Origin: Narcine bancroftii
Taxonomy: Eukaryota
Direction of reading: 5' to 3'
DNA: 64,000 nt
Assembly (NCBI RefSeq): GCF_036971445.1
Contig: NC_091477.1
Location: forward strand, 51,088,001-51,152,000
Part shown: one piece after another, positions 1 to 12,374 of the stretch
Numbering within the stretch: the stretch's first letter is position 1
Layout of the letters: every line of letters starts with the position of its first letter
Notes under the pieces: generated by a model
The model's input: the letters and a program-made list of their open reading frames with translations, nothing else
Databases searched by the model: none
What the model was told of the DNA's origin: nothing
Position numbers and translations under genes: made by a program

Positions 1-83
1 ATTTGGTGCAAGTGTAGCATTACTTGGGGTCACAGGAGCTTTCCTTTCCATTGGCCTAATTAATTTCATCATTCTATTTGCAG

Positions 84-248
84 GTGACAGCATCTGCTGA
101 TGTGGCCTTGTACGACAATATTCCATTGTTTAAGACAATTAATACAGAGTTGGGAGCTGCCTGCCATGATCCAGAAGAAACCACCCACTATGCCTGCATT
201 AACGTGGACAATCTGAAAGGGCAAACAGCAAGTAAAATAAAACAATAG
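84..248 (+). CDS. Candidate terminal coding exon of an immune-receptor-like (Siglec/CD22/SLAM/FCRL-type) gene: cytoplasmic tail VTASADVALYDNIPLFKTINTELGAACHDPEETTHYACINVDNLKGQTASKIKQ*
   Basis: Acceptor ttctatttgcag|GTG at 83/84; 54 open codons to TAG at 246-248; tyrosine motifs LYDNI and THYACI (matches ITSM TxYxxI); AATAAA at 359-364. Upstream exons would lie outside the window. Confidence 0.5.
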   Translation: MTASADVALYDNIPLFKTINTELGAACHDPEETTHYACINVDNLKGQTASKIKQ

Positions 249-358
249 GGGTAAAGGAAAAGTTGGTCCTTCAGCCAGGCATGACATTCAGTTAGTCCAT
301 GGCTAATTTCTGTTCTCAGTGCCCCCCTCCTGCAGATCGGTTCATTCCCTTTATATCT

Positions 359-364
359 AATAAA
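359..364 (+). promoter_or_regulatory. Putative polyadenylation signal of the left-edge plus-strand gene
   Basis: AATAAA ~110 nt after the TAG at 248. Confidence 0.35.
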
Positions 365-395
365 CTGCCTAAAAATACTAAGATTCCAGATTTAT

Positions 396-1326
396 TGTAT
401 TAGGACTCAGGGGACCCCAAAACCCAGCAGCAATAGATGGTTAGTCAAGACAAATGGTTACTTCAACAAAAGTTGCTTTTAAATATCTTAAAACATGAAA
501 ACAGAACTTAATGTAACTTAACCCCCTTCTAATTCTAAGCGCAAGTGTGTATAATGTGTGTGTAATTTCAAAAACGTTCTTTGGTTCACAGTCCAATTTC
601 ACTTCTCATTCCTCCAAGTTCACTGGTTGCAGGCAATTCTTACACTATGCACTGAATTTAACATTTATAAAATTCACCAGGCTTTGGTGCTTGAAAGGTA
701 AATGGTTATATATTTACTTCCATCAGCCACTTCAGTGTCTTGCTGAAGAAACTTGCCCCTTCAGGGTTCACCAGATGATGACTTCTCTCTTTTAGGTCAC
801 CACAGAGTTCCTTTTTGTTTTTCTTATTCCAAGTGAAACATTAGATAGCCAGTCCTCTCCTCTTGCATGAACCACAAGGGCTTTAACCAGGCCATCTTCC
901 AAAAGGGGGGCTTTTCATAAGCTTGCCAGCTTGTCCTGTTTCAGTTCCAGTTGCTGTCTGCTGGCTGTAACACTGTACAAGTTATCTCTGTCTGTCTCTC
1001 TCTCTCTGAGAGAAAGCCTGTTTGACTCTCTCTGCTTGCTAAAAATCACATGCTCCCCTTACAGCAGCAAGCTCTCCTCCAGAGAATATGTGGCTCCAAC
1101 AAGCTCTTTCATCTGTTGCCTTTTGTAAACAACAATCCACTAGTGAAGTATCTTGAGCACCCTTCAAAACTCTTGCAAAAGCTCTGAGGCTTCGATATGT
1201 CTAGCATGGGGCAAAGCTCCAATATTTCAAATAAGATCTGTTTTAAAATGCTTGTATGTAACCTACTCTACAAACCTTTCCCAATTTATCTCCCAAAAAC
1301 TTATCTATACTATATACTCTGTCACA
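396..1326. mobile_element. Solo LTR (~930 bp) inserted in a LINE 3' tail
   Basis: TGT...ACA ends; splits the motif agatttattgtcagagt, which is intact at 14923-14939; junction duplication reads AT or ATTG depending on the boundary chosen. Confidence 0.6.
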
Positions 1327-1690
1327 ATTGTCAGAGTCCATAAATGGCATCACATATAACCCTATGATTCTTTTTCCTGCGGGCGCAGCAGAATTATATG
1401 TGCTATAAAAATATGTACAGAGTGTATACAAGTAAATAAATAAAGAAATATAAACAGATAACAAATGTAAACAAACTGACTGTACAATATAGAGAAATAA
1501 AAAAAGAAAATCAATAAAGTGCTCAAGTCAGAGTCCTTAAATGAGACTCTGATTGAGTTTGTCATTGAGAAGTCTGATGGTGGAGGGGGAGCATCTGCCC
1601 CTGAACCTGCTGGTGTGAGTCTTTTGACACTATTACCTCTTTCCTGATGGCAGCAGCGAGAACAGATCATGTGCTGGGTGGTGTGGATCA
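1327..1690 (-). mobile_element. Rex1/Babar-like LINE 3' end
   Basis: Frameshifted HPAHDLFSLLPSGKR-like ORF C-terminus plus 3'UTR; homologous to 14915-15220. Confidence 0.7.
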
Positions 1691-2250
1691 CCCCAATAAA
1701 TTGTTTTTTATCATCGGAGGAATACACCTTCAGAAAAGAAAGATAAATACTTTGGGCACAATTACGTATTCAAATCTACAACATACTCCAAAAAAACACT
1801 TTTTTGATTTTCTATTTTTTTTCCAAGAATTCCTTCTTTGCCCTTAACCCACGGCCTTTGTCAGGCATTTTTTTCCTTGAACTTCAATGTGATGATGGCA
1901 TTCCCAAAGTGAGTACTTAATTCCTGGATACAGGCCCACTCCAGGCAAGGGGAGAGGTTGGGACGGAAAGAACTCTGTCAAGATTTTGGGAGCGACATTT
2001 GACGTGAATTCAATGAGCTGAATGGTCATTGAGGATCATAACAATGATGACCATGAATGTTAAATTCATCTGAGCTTCATGGGCAAGTAGTCGGTTTGCA
2101 GAAAGTGGGGAGAGAGAGAGAGATGGGAAAGAGAGAGGTGGCAAGAGTAAAAGGCAGAAGTGGAGATTTTAAAAAATGACGGTAGACAAAAAGGGAAAGG
2201 GAGATTTGGAGGGAGAGAGTGCAAGGGAGGTTGAAAGATAGGGGCTAAAG

Positions 2251-2411
2251 CAATGGTTCTCAAACTGTTTCCCCCCCCCCCCCATTCACATGCCACCTTA
2301 CTAACCACAGAGTACCCATGGCATTGGACGCCGTAGGTGCTCTCTGTGGTTAGTAAGGGATTACTTAAGGTGGTATGTGAGTGGGGGGGAAAAACAGGTT
2401 GAGAACCATGG
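2251..2411. mobile_element. hAT (Charlie-like) MITE, single unit
   Basis: TIRs caatggttctcaa / ttgagaaccatgg; internally palindromic; 8-bp TSD ggctaaag/ggctcaag (7/8 match). Confidence 0.85.
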
Positions 2412-2784
2412 GGCTCAAGAAAGAGGAAGAATGAGAGAGACAAAGAAAGATACAAGGGAGGTGAAATGAAGAGAGGGAAAGATGGAATGAGAGCTCTCAG
2501 AATGAGAAGGAATGACTGGTTCAAGGAAAGAGAGAGAAAGCACCAGAACAAGGGACAAAGATGGAGGCAAAGTCAGAGAAAGACAAATCAGGGGAAGATA
2601 GGATGCTCTCGCTTCACGCTTGGCACCAAACAGCATTCCTAACAAGAACTGATTCTCAGCATAAAGCAACATTAACACTGCAATCATACAGAATGCCAAC
2701 AGTGTTCTCTTTTTACAAAAGCAGCATTAATACTGTTTCATTTGTGTGGTTTATTGTCTTTTGATCGAGAGTTTTTGCTTTTTA

Positions 2785-3000
2785 AATTTAGACATACAGG
2801 CCACTTCAGCCCACGAGTCCATGCCTCCCAACTTATACCCATTAACCCACATCCATGGTACTTTTTTGAACAGTGGGAGCCCCTGGAGAAAAACCTATGC
2901 AGGCACGGGGAGAATGCACAAACTCCTTAAGGACAGCACGGGATTCGAACCATGGTGCCAATCGCTGGCACAATAAAGGCATTTCACTAACCATGCCATT
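2785..3000 (-). mobile_element. tRNA-derived SINE (V-SINE/HE1-like)
   Basis: B-box ggttcgaatcc on minus; gggctcc...cccactgttcaaaa core; tail gtatgtctaaattt; many copies in window. Confidence 0.8.
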
Positions 3001-4794
3001 TGCAAGGCTTTGAGAATAAATCACATTCTTGCAGGCCCAAAGTTACATGTACATTACATGCTAATGTGGCTAAATGTGACAGATTTCCTTCCATGAAGGA
3101 ATTTATTGAACCAGTGAAATTTTATCTAAATCTGATGATTTGTGTTTGGCAGAAGTATTCAATTAACTAAATTTACTCTCCCCATCTGCTTGAACTTCTG
3201 TATCAGACTCACTGTGTTACCTTATTTTGGAATGAATCTATCCTACACCCATATAAATGTCACCACATTAATTTAATCTTACACAGAAATAACACAATTT
3301 AGCACCATTACAGAATTAAAATCACTGTCAAACAACGTTAACACAGGATAAATAGAGCTCTAGCAACATTAAAAAAAGGTCTGAAGAGCACATCCATGGC
3401 ATTAACAATGGTATCAGGGGTTGTAGCTCAATGTTACAAGTGAACAATCCATACATTGAAATATTAAAATGCATGAGTGGGTATTCCAGTTGGGCTGCTG
3501 GCCTCCTGGTTTAAAGGGGGCCTAACATTCCTGGGATAGTGCAACTGAAAGCTCAAAGGACACTGGGATTTGAAGAATTTCAGGAATTCGATCATGTGTG
3601 ACAATGTGGCTTTGGCCAATGACATTAACAGTAGCTTTTCATGTTTCGAGAGGGACTGGCTCAAACCACTCAAAGCACATTTGGTATCCTCGAGACATTT
3701 GCAACCCAAACTCATCCACTCTCTCCTCCAATGCTGAATGATTACAAGCATTTTCTTTTTCTCATTAGATTTTCAGCAGTTACCCCCCATGTTTCAGTTT
3801 AAGTATAAGAAATTCTCTAAGCTCTTTCCAAAATATATCTGAGAATGGCCATCCCGGAACATTCAAGATTTTGCCTTTGCCCCATTGCGGAGTTTTTTCT
3901 TTGGAAAAGCCCATTCAGCCCGTTGACCTATTGCAGTCCTTATGCCTCAGACAGGACTTCTCAAACAATTCTTTCAAGAACCCAGCACTGAGCTGAATAG
4001 CCTTTATTTGCACTGAAATACGTTTGATGATGATGAATGTTTATTGTCATATACATAAGTACAATATACAGAGGCAATTAAATTCCTATTAGCTGCAGAT
4101 TAATTAGACATTTCTACGTTTGGTGATGTCCAGCTAACCAAAGAAAAACAAAATATAGAGGTAAAAATTAATACATGGAAACATTAAAATGAATCTGTTG
4201 CTGTATTATATTTCCAAGATGGTTTTATTGTCTGTTTCTCACTTAAATAATTGTTATTTTCCTATGAGCTGCAATGCATCTCAATGGGAAGATTAAGTGA
4301 AATCAGCATTGCCTCTTTGATAGGTCAGATATGTACCTTAGCTTGCAGTAATAGCAAAGGGCAGGCTCCTCAGGCAATCCTTCAGGATGTGATTAGTGTC
4401 CTGATTACAGGCACAGAGCAGGGAATAACACCACCACCCCCCCCCCCCCCCCACCGCTGAGACACACACACACACACTTGTTAATTTAATTTATATTGTT
4501 GCAGTGTTGTTAAATAGTTTGCTAGTTTGTTTATAATAACGTAAAATAAATGCATTTATTTATAATAAAATCTTGCCTTACAAGTGTTTATCATTTACAA
4601 AGCCCAAAAGCACATTTAAGACTTCACAATGCTTATTCCACACTATAAATGAAGGGACAATTTACATTTCCAGAACATCTGCACCATCTTCAGCTGCCCC
4701 AAAACTAATGACTTCAGAAGCGTTCGTCTCCACTTGGGTAGTCCCTTACTCTGTGGGTTGGAAGCTGACCAAAGAGAACAATGTGCCAACTGCA

Positions 4795-5030
4795 GGGTCA
4801 AGTCAAAGTTCATGGTCACCTGATTGTACAAGTGCTACCTGATGAAACAGCGTTCTCTGCTCCTCAGCGTAAAACGTGCAGACACACAACCAGACATAAC
4901 ACACATAATAACACAAACAAAATAAGCAGGGCAAGCATAGTATTCATAAAAATAAATGTAGAAATGTTTTGTACAAATGAGGGTCTCGGATGGTTGTAAT
5001 GTGAGCTGTAATGTGAGCTGTTTTTAAAGT
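4795..5030 (-). mobile_element. LINE 3'UTR/tail fragment (Rex1/Babar-like)
   Basis: Minus strand gagaacgctgtttcatcaggtagcacttgtacaatcag...tttgacttgac tail. Confidence 0.55.
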
Positions 5031-5194
5031 GAGTCTGAGAGGGATTTACTTCCTTTCTGTACTTCTTCTGTGCCTTGTATACAGCTTGAAGGCCATGCTG
5101 TGTGTAAGGAGGAAACAAAAGAGGAAGGAGATGCGTGTGAGTTTTTGCCTGGACTCCTCCCACTCCTTCATACTCCTTATTTTTACGGCTTCCA

Positions 5195-5585
5195 ATTCTT
5201 TGCTTATTCCTTGAGAAAGGGCTCAGGCCCGGAATGTCGGTCATATATCCTTACCTCCAATGGAAGCAGCAAGACCGCCTGTATTTTTGTGTGTTTTTGG
5301 TGCAATATCAGAGTCTTGTTTGATCCCAGTGAGAAAGGTTCTCATCCCGATTTGTGCGCCATCATTGAACAAGCAGAAGGAGGAATCCAATTTCTGTGGG
5401 CTACTGAATTTGAGAAGGATCTTCCACAGTCCCATGGAGGCACCACAGGCTCACAGCTTTGCCTTCTTCCTGGGACCACTTGGGTTTGCAGAGAAATGAT
5501 AGAGGAACTCAGCAGGTCTCACAACGTCCATAGGAGGTAAAGATAAATAACCAAAATTTCAAGCCTGAGCCTTTCTTCAAGGTAT
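5195..5585. mobile_element. Two Penelope-like terminal fragments in opposite orientations (~5195-5305 +, ~5488-5585 -)
   Basis: ttgagaaagggctcaggcccggaatgtcggtcatatatcc motif; same family as the tail of the GIY-YIG element at 48100-48835. Confidence 0.6.
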
Positions 5586-5884
5586 TAGCTTTTTGCCTCC
5601 ATCATCAACTATCCTGTTGTGCTATCCTGTTCCTGGGGCTGCCGGGGGAGGGGGCAGTGAGGTCGGAGGTTGTGTACCTTTATGTGCGGTTATGGTCCTC
5701 TAAACGCCATTGTCACTGTCACACTCCTAAATTGGCTCTGGAAGTGAAGGACCAGGAGTATCGGCACACAGAATTGTGGCATTACAAGCAAATGAAAGTT
5801 ATTATAACATTCACCCCCCCACCATTAATTTTTTTTTTTTTTTAATTAATGGCGCTACACCCGGATCTCAGCAGATTGGTCCTT

Positions 5885-6909
5885 TATGGCCCTTGGTCTC
5901 AGTTTTCCAAAGGGAGATGGATCTAATGGTAGACAGGTATAAATTGACAGCAACATTCTCTACCTTGATAATGTCACCATCAGCGGCCACGACCACCAGG
6001 ACCACGATGTAAACCTGGCGAAATTTCTCCACACAGCCAAGTCCTTTAATCTGATATAACAAGGAGAAATGTGTGTTTAGTACTACTGGCCTGGCCCTCT
6101 TTGGATGCGTCATGGCACATGGTGTCATTGTCCCCAACCCCAACCACATGCGTCCCCTTATGGAGCTCCCGATACCACACAACCTCAAGGCGCTGAAATG
6201 GTGTGTGGGGTTCTTTTCATATTATGCCCAATGGGTGCCCAATTATGCCAATAAGGCCTACCCCTTAGTAAGGTCTACAAGCTTCCCCTTATTGGCAAAA
6301 GCCCAGATGGCATTTGACCAAATCAAAGGAGACATCGCTAAAGCCACGATGCATGCTGTGGACAAATCCATCCCATTTCAGGTGGAGAGAAATGTCTCCA
6401 ACTTCGCACTGGCTGCCACTCTCAACCAGGCGAGTAGGCCAGCATTTTGTTTTCCTGGACCCTCCACAGGCCTGAGACATGGCTCTCCTCAGGTGATTGT
6501 TGAGGCCTTGCACCACTGGCATCACTATGTGGCAGGGAAAAGTATACCCTACTGACAGACCAAAGAGCCATCGCTTTCATGCTCCACACAAAACTGTTGG
6601 GTAAAATCAAGAATGATAAAATCCTGAGGTGGAGAATCGAGCTCTCCAACTATAACTATGACATCCTGCACCAGCCAGGCAAACTCAATGATCCCCCAGA
6701 TGCCCTATCCCGGATGTGCGCCAGTGCGCATCTCGACCACTGATGACTCACCCCATGTATCCCCTCCCCCTGTGACCTGGCCATAAAGGTTGACCTCCCT
6801 GACCCCTTCCATGCATTTGAGCACATGGAGTTTGGCCAGCCGAAATCTAATGTGTATTAAAGCCTATCGTTCCTCACTCAACCTTTGGAGTAATTGGTAG
6901 TGGGCATCA
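5885..6909 (+). mobile_element. Gypsy LTR retrotransposon relic (RT/RNase H) with LTR-like end at ~6741-6909
   Basis: VGFFSYYAQWVPNYANKAYPL (RT thumb), NFALAATLNQ and KIKNDKILRWRIELSNYNYDI (RNase H); same family as 15975-18840. Confidence 0.85.
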
Positions 6910-8137
6910 CTGATGATCCTACATTAACGCAAAGTTTTACAGCAAGTCATGGGGTAGTTCCAATGTTTCAAAAGGCATCGTAATTTTCATCATGTGAGGG
7001 ATAGACGTGAAGCAGCAAGTGCCAATTCTGAAGTTGCCGAAGCTTTTAAGGAAGAGCTACATACGATCATTGGAATGGATGAAGAGGACTTATTGGCAAT
7101 AAGGCCGAAGAGATTTCCAATGAGGAGCTGATGGAACTGGAGGAAGCAAGACATAAAGAAACTGTGGCAGTGGAAGCAGAGGTTAGACCCGGGGCACCAT
7201 TAAGGTTCGCAGCAAAGTGATTGGCTGAGGCACTTGATGGTATCAATAGTGGCATACGGATTAAGGAAAAAAAATGGATGTCATGTAGCTTCCCACAGCT
7301 GTCGCCGCAGGCTGACACAGAAGATGCCGCTCAAACAAGGCAATCAAGAGGCCTGCACGAGGCATCAACAGCCCATTCCCATGGCCAATCGCTGGCAATG
7401 GATCGCAAAAGGGCCAATTGGCACCCAGGGCAGCACAAACCGCATCCATCAGCGACGCTGCAGCAAAACGGGCTAATCCGGCCAATCACTGATGGTGGGT
7501 CGTGAGGACACCAATCAGAGCCTGAAGAAACACGGGTTGCACCTGTCAGTCACATGGCAGCCAGGGGCAGCCTGACCATATAAAAGAGAGCAGCCAGTTC
7601 ATTAAAATCAGTGTCAACCACACTCCTTGTTGTCTGTCTCTTATTTCCAAGCGAGAACCTCGAGACATGCCACAGTCAATTACGAGAGATTTGCAGGAGC
7701 TGACAGGCAGAAATGGGATGTTCTTGCTTGCTATGGAGAAGGAAAAGAAGAAACAAACTGTCCAGTCAAAAATTGATATCTTCTTGAAGAAGACTACACC
7801 TGTTAAACTATCAACAAGTGTTGATGTCTCAGTCCCTTCAACAAGTGTCAATGTCCCAGTGCCTTCAACAAGTGTCAATGACGCAGTCGCGCAGTCGCTC
7901 TGCGAGCTGTTCTCGAGCATCACGAGTAGAGAGTGAAATTGATGAACCTGTTGCTTTAATGTTCTCACCGTCTCCACCATCCAGCAATTAATTTTAGTTC
8001 AATTCTTCAAGCATTCTTCGGGCCCAGTGTGTTTCCACTGTGTACGGTATGATGTTCGGTTTATCAATTTAGGATTTTTTTTCAACTTACGATGAAAGTG
8101 CCGGATCGCCACTCCATCACAATTTGAGGACTACCTG
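6910..8137 (+). mobile_element. Tigger/pogo (Tigger1/TIGD1-like) DNA transposon relic, 3' part
   Basis: Peptides EEISNEELMELEE, LAEAL, MDV|NYERF, EKKKQTVQSKIDIFLKKTTP resemble the Tigger1 transposase C-terminus; right TIR gaggactacctg followed by TA at 8138-8139; 27-bp x3 in-frame repeat at ~7811-7890. Confidence 0.75.
7284..7674 (+). mobile_element. Solo LTR (391 bp) nested in the Tigger relic
   Basis: TG...CA ends; perfect 4-bp TSD GTCA (7280-7283, 7675-7678); TATA-like catataaaa and ATTAAA; removal restores MDVNYERF. Confidence 0.9.
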
Positions 8138-8139
8138 TA

Positions 8140-10200
8140 GCCGGAAGCTGCTGTATGCGGGGTGATTGCGGTCTTCTTTGAGATAACAATCCCATATTCA
8201 TTTGGATGAGGGGTTGGGAGAATCCAGTGATCCTCTCTCTGCTGCTCTTGTGGTCCTGTCGATTTATCTCCGAACTGATTCTCTGCAACAACTGTGGTGC
8301 TGCCAACTAGACACTCTCGATAGAGCTCCTGTATAAGTTTGACAGGATCATGGCTGGGTAGCTTTGACTCCCTTCGTCTTGACGAGAAGTGCAGTTGCTG
8401 TTGTGCCTTCCTGAAAAGTGAGGAGATTTTGTATATCCAGAATAGGTCACTTCTTATGTGGACTCTGAGGAACTTAATGGTCTCTACTCTTTTCACTGCA
8501 GAGTTATTAATGTGTAGTGGAGAGTGGTTGTCCCTGGGCCACCTGAAATTCATGATCATCTCCTTCATCTTATCCACGTTAAGACTCGGGCTGCTATTCC
8601 CACACCACTTCATAAGATTTTTCACCTCTTCTTTGTAGCACAACTCATTCTTGTTGATGATGAGGCCAATTACTGTCGAGTCATCTGCAAACTTGATGAC
8701 TTTGTTGGTGCTGAATGTGGTGTTGTAGTCATGAGTCAGTCGTGTGAACAAGAGCAGGATGAGAACAGAGCCCTAAGGTGCACCAGTACTCAACATGATA
8801 CAAGTACACAATCCTTTATCCAGAACCCTTGGGGGACAGTGTGTTGCGAATTTCAGATTTTTCTGGATTAAGCCCACCCAAATTGTGTTGCTGTATCCAT
8901 TCCCTTCCAGTCGCGATGACATCTCTCTCCCCCTCGCCCACCCGAGTCGTGCTGCCATCTCTCTCCCCTCACCTGTGCTCAACCTAGTTGCGTTGCTGTC
9001 TCTCTCTCTCTCTCTTTTTCCCTCCACTGTACCAGCACCAGGAAAAAAAATGCTGGTTTTTGGAGCTATCCGGATTTTAGATGTCTGGATAAAGGATTGT
9101 GTCCTGTAGTGCTTGACATTAGGAAGTCCAGTATCCAGTTACAGAGATGGGTATTGAGTCCCAGTGAGGACAGCTTCTCCACCACTCTCTAGTCCACGAT
9201 CATGTTAAATGTTGAGCTGAAGCCAATGAACAGCAGGCTGGAGTATAAAGAGACATTCTCAAGGAGGGGCAGGACGGAGTGGAGGGACAAGGCTATAGAT
9301 TCAGCAGTGGATAGTTCCATCTGTATGTGAATTGAAATGGATCTCGTGTCTCTGGGAGGTGCACTTTGATCCATTCCATCTTTAGACACATGAAGCATTT
9401 CATAATGGGGAGGTGGATCCTTCTTTGCTTCACCCTCATTAGCTGAAGACAGAATGTAAACTGAAATAATCAGTGTCGCCATGAATTCATTGGGCAGGTG
9501 GAAGGGTCTACATTTCACCATCATGAGCAAAAGGTCTTTACCACAGAGATGTTTGTGCATGAGTTCTCTCTGATGTAAATACATTGTCCCCCTCTTAAGT
9601 CTTGCCAGAGCAGGAGTGCCTCTGTCTGCCCTAAAGGAGATAAGGCCAGCCGGATCACCGAATCTGGAAAGGATTCCTAGAGCCACATTTCTGTAATCAC
9701 CAGAGCACAGCAGCCTTGCAGTTCCTTTTGGTTCCGAAGCAGCCTCGGGTCATCCATGTTGTCCTCCAGCTATCATACATTCGCAAATAAAATGGTCGGG
9801 AGCACTGGATTAAATAGATTAACTCTCAGTCTAACCCCGATGTTGGCCTGCTTACTGCCTTCTGCCTTCTCGCACAGTGCTTCAGACGGCCTTTCAGGCG
9901 TCTCCAGCGATCCGCTCCATGGTTTTGCTGAAGCCAGGCTCCCTTCCTTTAGTAAAGGCTCTTTTAAAGAGAGAAAAAAAAGTGAATGTAAAGACAGAGA
10001 TTCTGTGTCTTTAAATCGCTGCACTTACTTCCACAAAAGGTTCCAAGTCAGATTGACTGGTCGAACTTGTTCCAGCTTCCATCCCGGGGTGGGGGGGGGG
10101 AGGGGGGGGAGGGGTAGACTCAGAAGTGGAGCGAAGTCACTCCACCTCCTCCATAAAATGCCACTGAATGCGGCTCCAAAGGGGCGGGCTGATCACATCA
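8140..10200 (-). mobile_element. Rex1/Babar-like LINE, decayed, EN-RT
   Basis: RT motif VIKFADDSTVIGLI, LNVDKMKEMI, KAQQQLHF; EN-like KCRPFHLPNEF, SVYI. Confidence 0.85.
8801..9106. mobile_element. Tc1/mariner-pogo MITE nested in LINE
   Basis: TIRs acacaatcctttatccaga / tctggataaaggattgtgtcctg; TA on both sides (8799-8800, 9107-9108). Confidence 0.85.
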
Positions 10201-11174
10201 CGATGGTGCCGTCAGCCCAAGTGCAATTTAAAAAAAACACCCATATGGTTATTAGAGGTGATTATGTTGTGCAGGGCATCTGCCTGAGTCCCAAGACTGC
10301 TTGTATAGATCCCCAGGAGCTCTCTTACCTGGTCTTCAGTTCCCATTTTCAGTGTGGGCCACTTTCCCTTCTTGGTGTGTATGTTTGGTGCATCACTTGC
10401 CCCGCCTCCCTCAGCTCCAGAATCCAGCTCCCAAATCAGCTCTGCATAAAGGCACTGCAGGATCCGCCTTATAGATCGTCACTGGAAAAGGTAAAATTGC
10501 CTATTTTTAAAAAGAACTTGAGCCGGCTTTAAATGTAGGGTTTTACCATAAAAAGGCCTTAAGTTAAAACCGCTCTGCCACTTACCAATACAATCCTCTA
10601 GTTTGGAAATCCGGTTCATATTTTTTTGTTTTCTAAGGCTGTTTGCATTCCAACATGTAGTGTATAATCTAACAGTGAGTAGGAGCAGAAGGACTTTGCA
10701 GTCTAGCTATGGGGTGGCATTTTCTGAAAGAAAGCAGTGTGCATGCCCAGATGCAACAATTCTGCTTTTGGAAATAAATTGGTTTAACACCATCGATGAG
10801 GTCACAAGATAACTCCTTCTTTCCCTTGGTAGAGATAAACAAAGTTATGGATCGAATAAACAAAACCAATGGGGATCATTAATCAGAGCCATTTCTTGTT
10901 ACTTGGCAGAGATGGCTCAGTTGCAGTGACCATGGAGATCAGGAGACAGTTTGGGGAATTCAGATATCACTGTCCAGATAGCGATGGCCACAAGCAACGT
11001 TGAGGTGGGAGGGGCAAAGCTGAGGGTGGTGTGTCACGGAGATCGTCACTCTCCACTCCTCCCCAAATTGCTTGGACTCCTGGGAAAGGCAAAATGGCCA
11101 TTCGAGGAGAGAAACTTTGGGTCATTTCTCTCCAAAAAGCCAAGGCAATCAAAAATCAATGTAGAATGTCACAG

Positions 11175-12310
11175 TAAGAGCCGGTGATAGAACCTTGTGA
11201 TGATGAAAAAGGGAGATGTCAGGCATCACCCTATGTGGTGACAGTTTTCCAGCAGGTGCAGTCTCTCTTGTGACCACAAGGGCACGCTGTTTTTGGAGGC
11301 GGTGATCTCCATCTCATGGCAGACGGTAATTGCTGAGGTTTGAGAAGTGACTCAGTGAAATCGCATGCATTTGTCCAAAATAAGACGGTGATGGTAAGTT
11401 GCAATGCTTTTCATTAGATATTTGAATAGTATTTAGATTAGTGCTTTGGCCTCGCTGCAGAGAACTATGGCACACTATCGAGGGATACTCCGGCAGGATG
11501 CGGGCAAATTCATTGTCCAAGAGTGTTATAGAGGCCAGGTGGGGTGAGGGGTGGGGGGGGGGGGGCGGGTAGCATGGCTTCCACCAGAGGTAGAGTTTGA
11601 AAGGTTCTGGCATGCACCAAGCATCATCCCTTGAAGTCAACCAAAAAGCAAGGGCCCGAAGGAAGTTGGCCCCCAGAAGCAGTTGCGCCACTGCTGCAAG
11701 GGTGAAGATCCTTGTAAAGCAGCTGTTGCTGAATTGAAGGGGGATAGTGCAGGTCCCAAAAGTCCAAACGGAGGAGCTGTTGGCTGCCCTCGGTGCTAGA
11801 CCTTGCTTGCAGCAGCGGGTGTTGAGGTCAGCAGGGGCAGGGTAGGAAGCTTATCTTGGTGCCAGCGTCGACCAGGAAACTCCTGCCTGACAGAGTCCCA
11901 GACGTAGAAGAGGCTATCGCGGAGGCCAACTGCCATAGCCCTCAATGATGGTTGGCCTGGGCATTTCCCAAAAACCGGCAGGTGGGTGTCATTGACAAGC
12001 CTCCACACCCCATCACTGGTGGTAGTAGCATAGCTGTCCTGGGTGTTCACTTGCCTCTCCGTTGGCCTTGATCTCACCAAATCTTTGGAAAACATGACTG
12101 ATTTATTGCTCTGTCCATCGCGTTTATATGGACCCCTGGCGCTAACATTAGGACCCTGTATCATCGGAGCACCGACCTCAGGTTGGCCAGGGTTTCCGCC
12201 AGAGATCCCCATCTTCCCGTCGTGCGGTGGTCACCTGGGACAACGGTCGGTGTCACACCTCCCCCCCCCCACCCGGTCCGCGTGGTCGCTGTGTATGTCA
12301 CCCATTTTGC
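11175..12310 (-). mobile_element. Gypsy relic (gag/protease/start of RT)
   Basis: Frameshifted SLFYVWDS...FLVDAG protease motif; QLLLGANFL. Confidence 0.7.
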
Positions 12311-12374
12311 AGGCCTGTCTTTGTCTCTGTGCGTGGGCTGCTACAAATCTTTAATGAAGATGCCTGACTGAGTT

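Noticed and set aside
4864-5244. ORF with a hydrophobic TM-like C-terminus (MLALLILFVLLCVLCLVV)
   Set aside because: It is the T/G-rich 3'UTR of a LINE read in frame, joined to Penelope tail sequence
9756-10532. 258-aa plus-strand ORF
   Set aside because: Mostly antisense to the 5' part of a Rex-like LINE; no recognisable domain or splice structure
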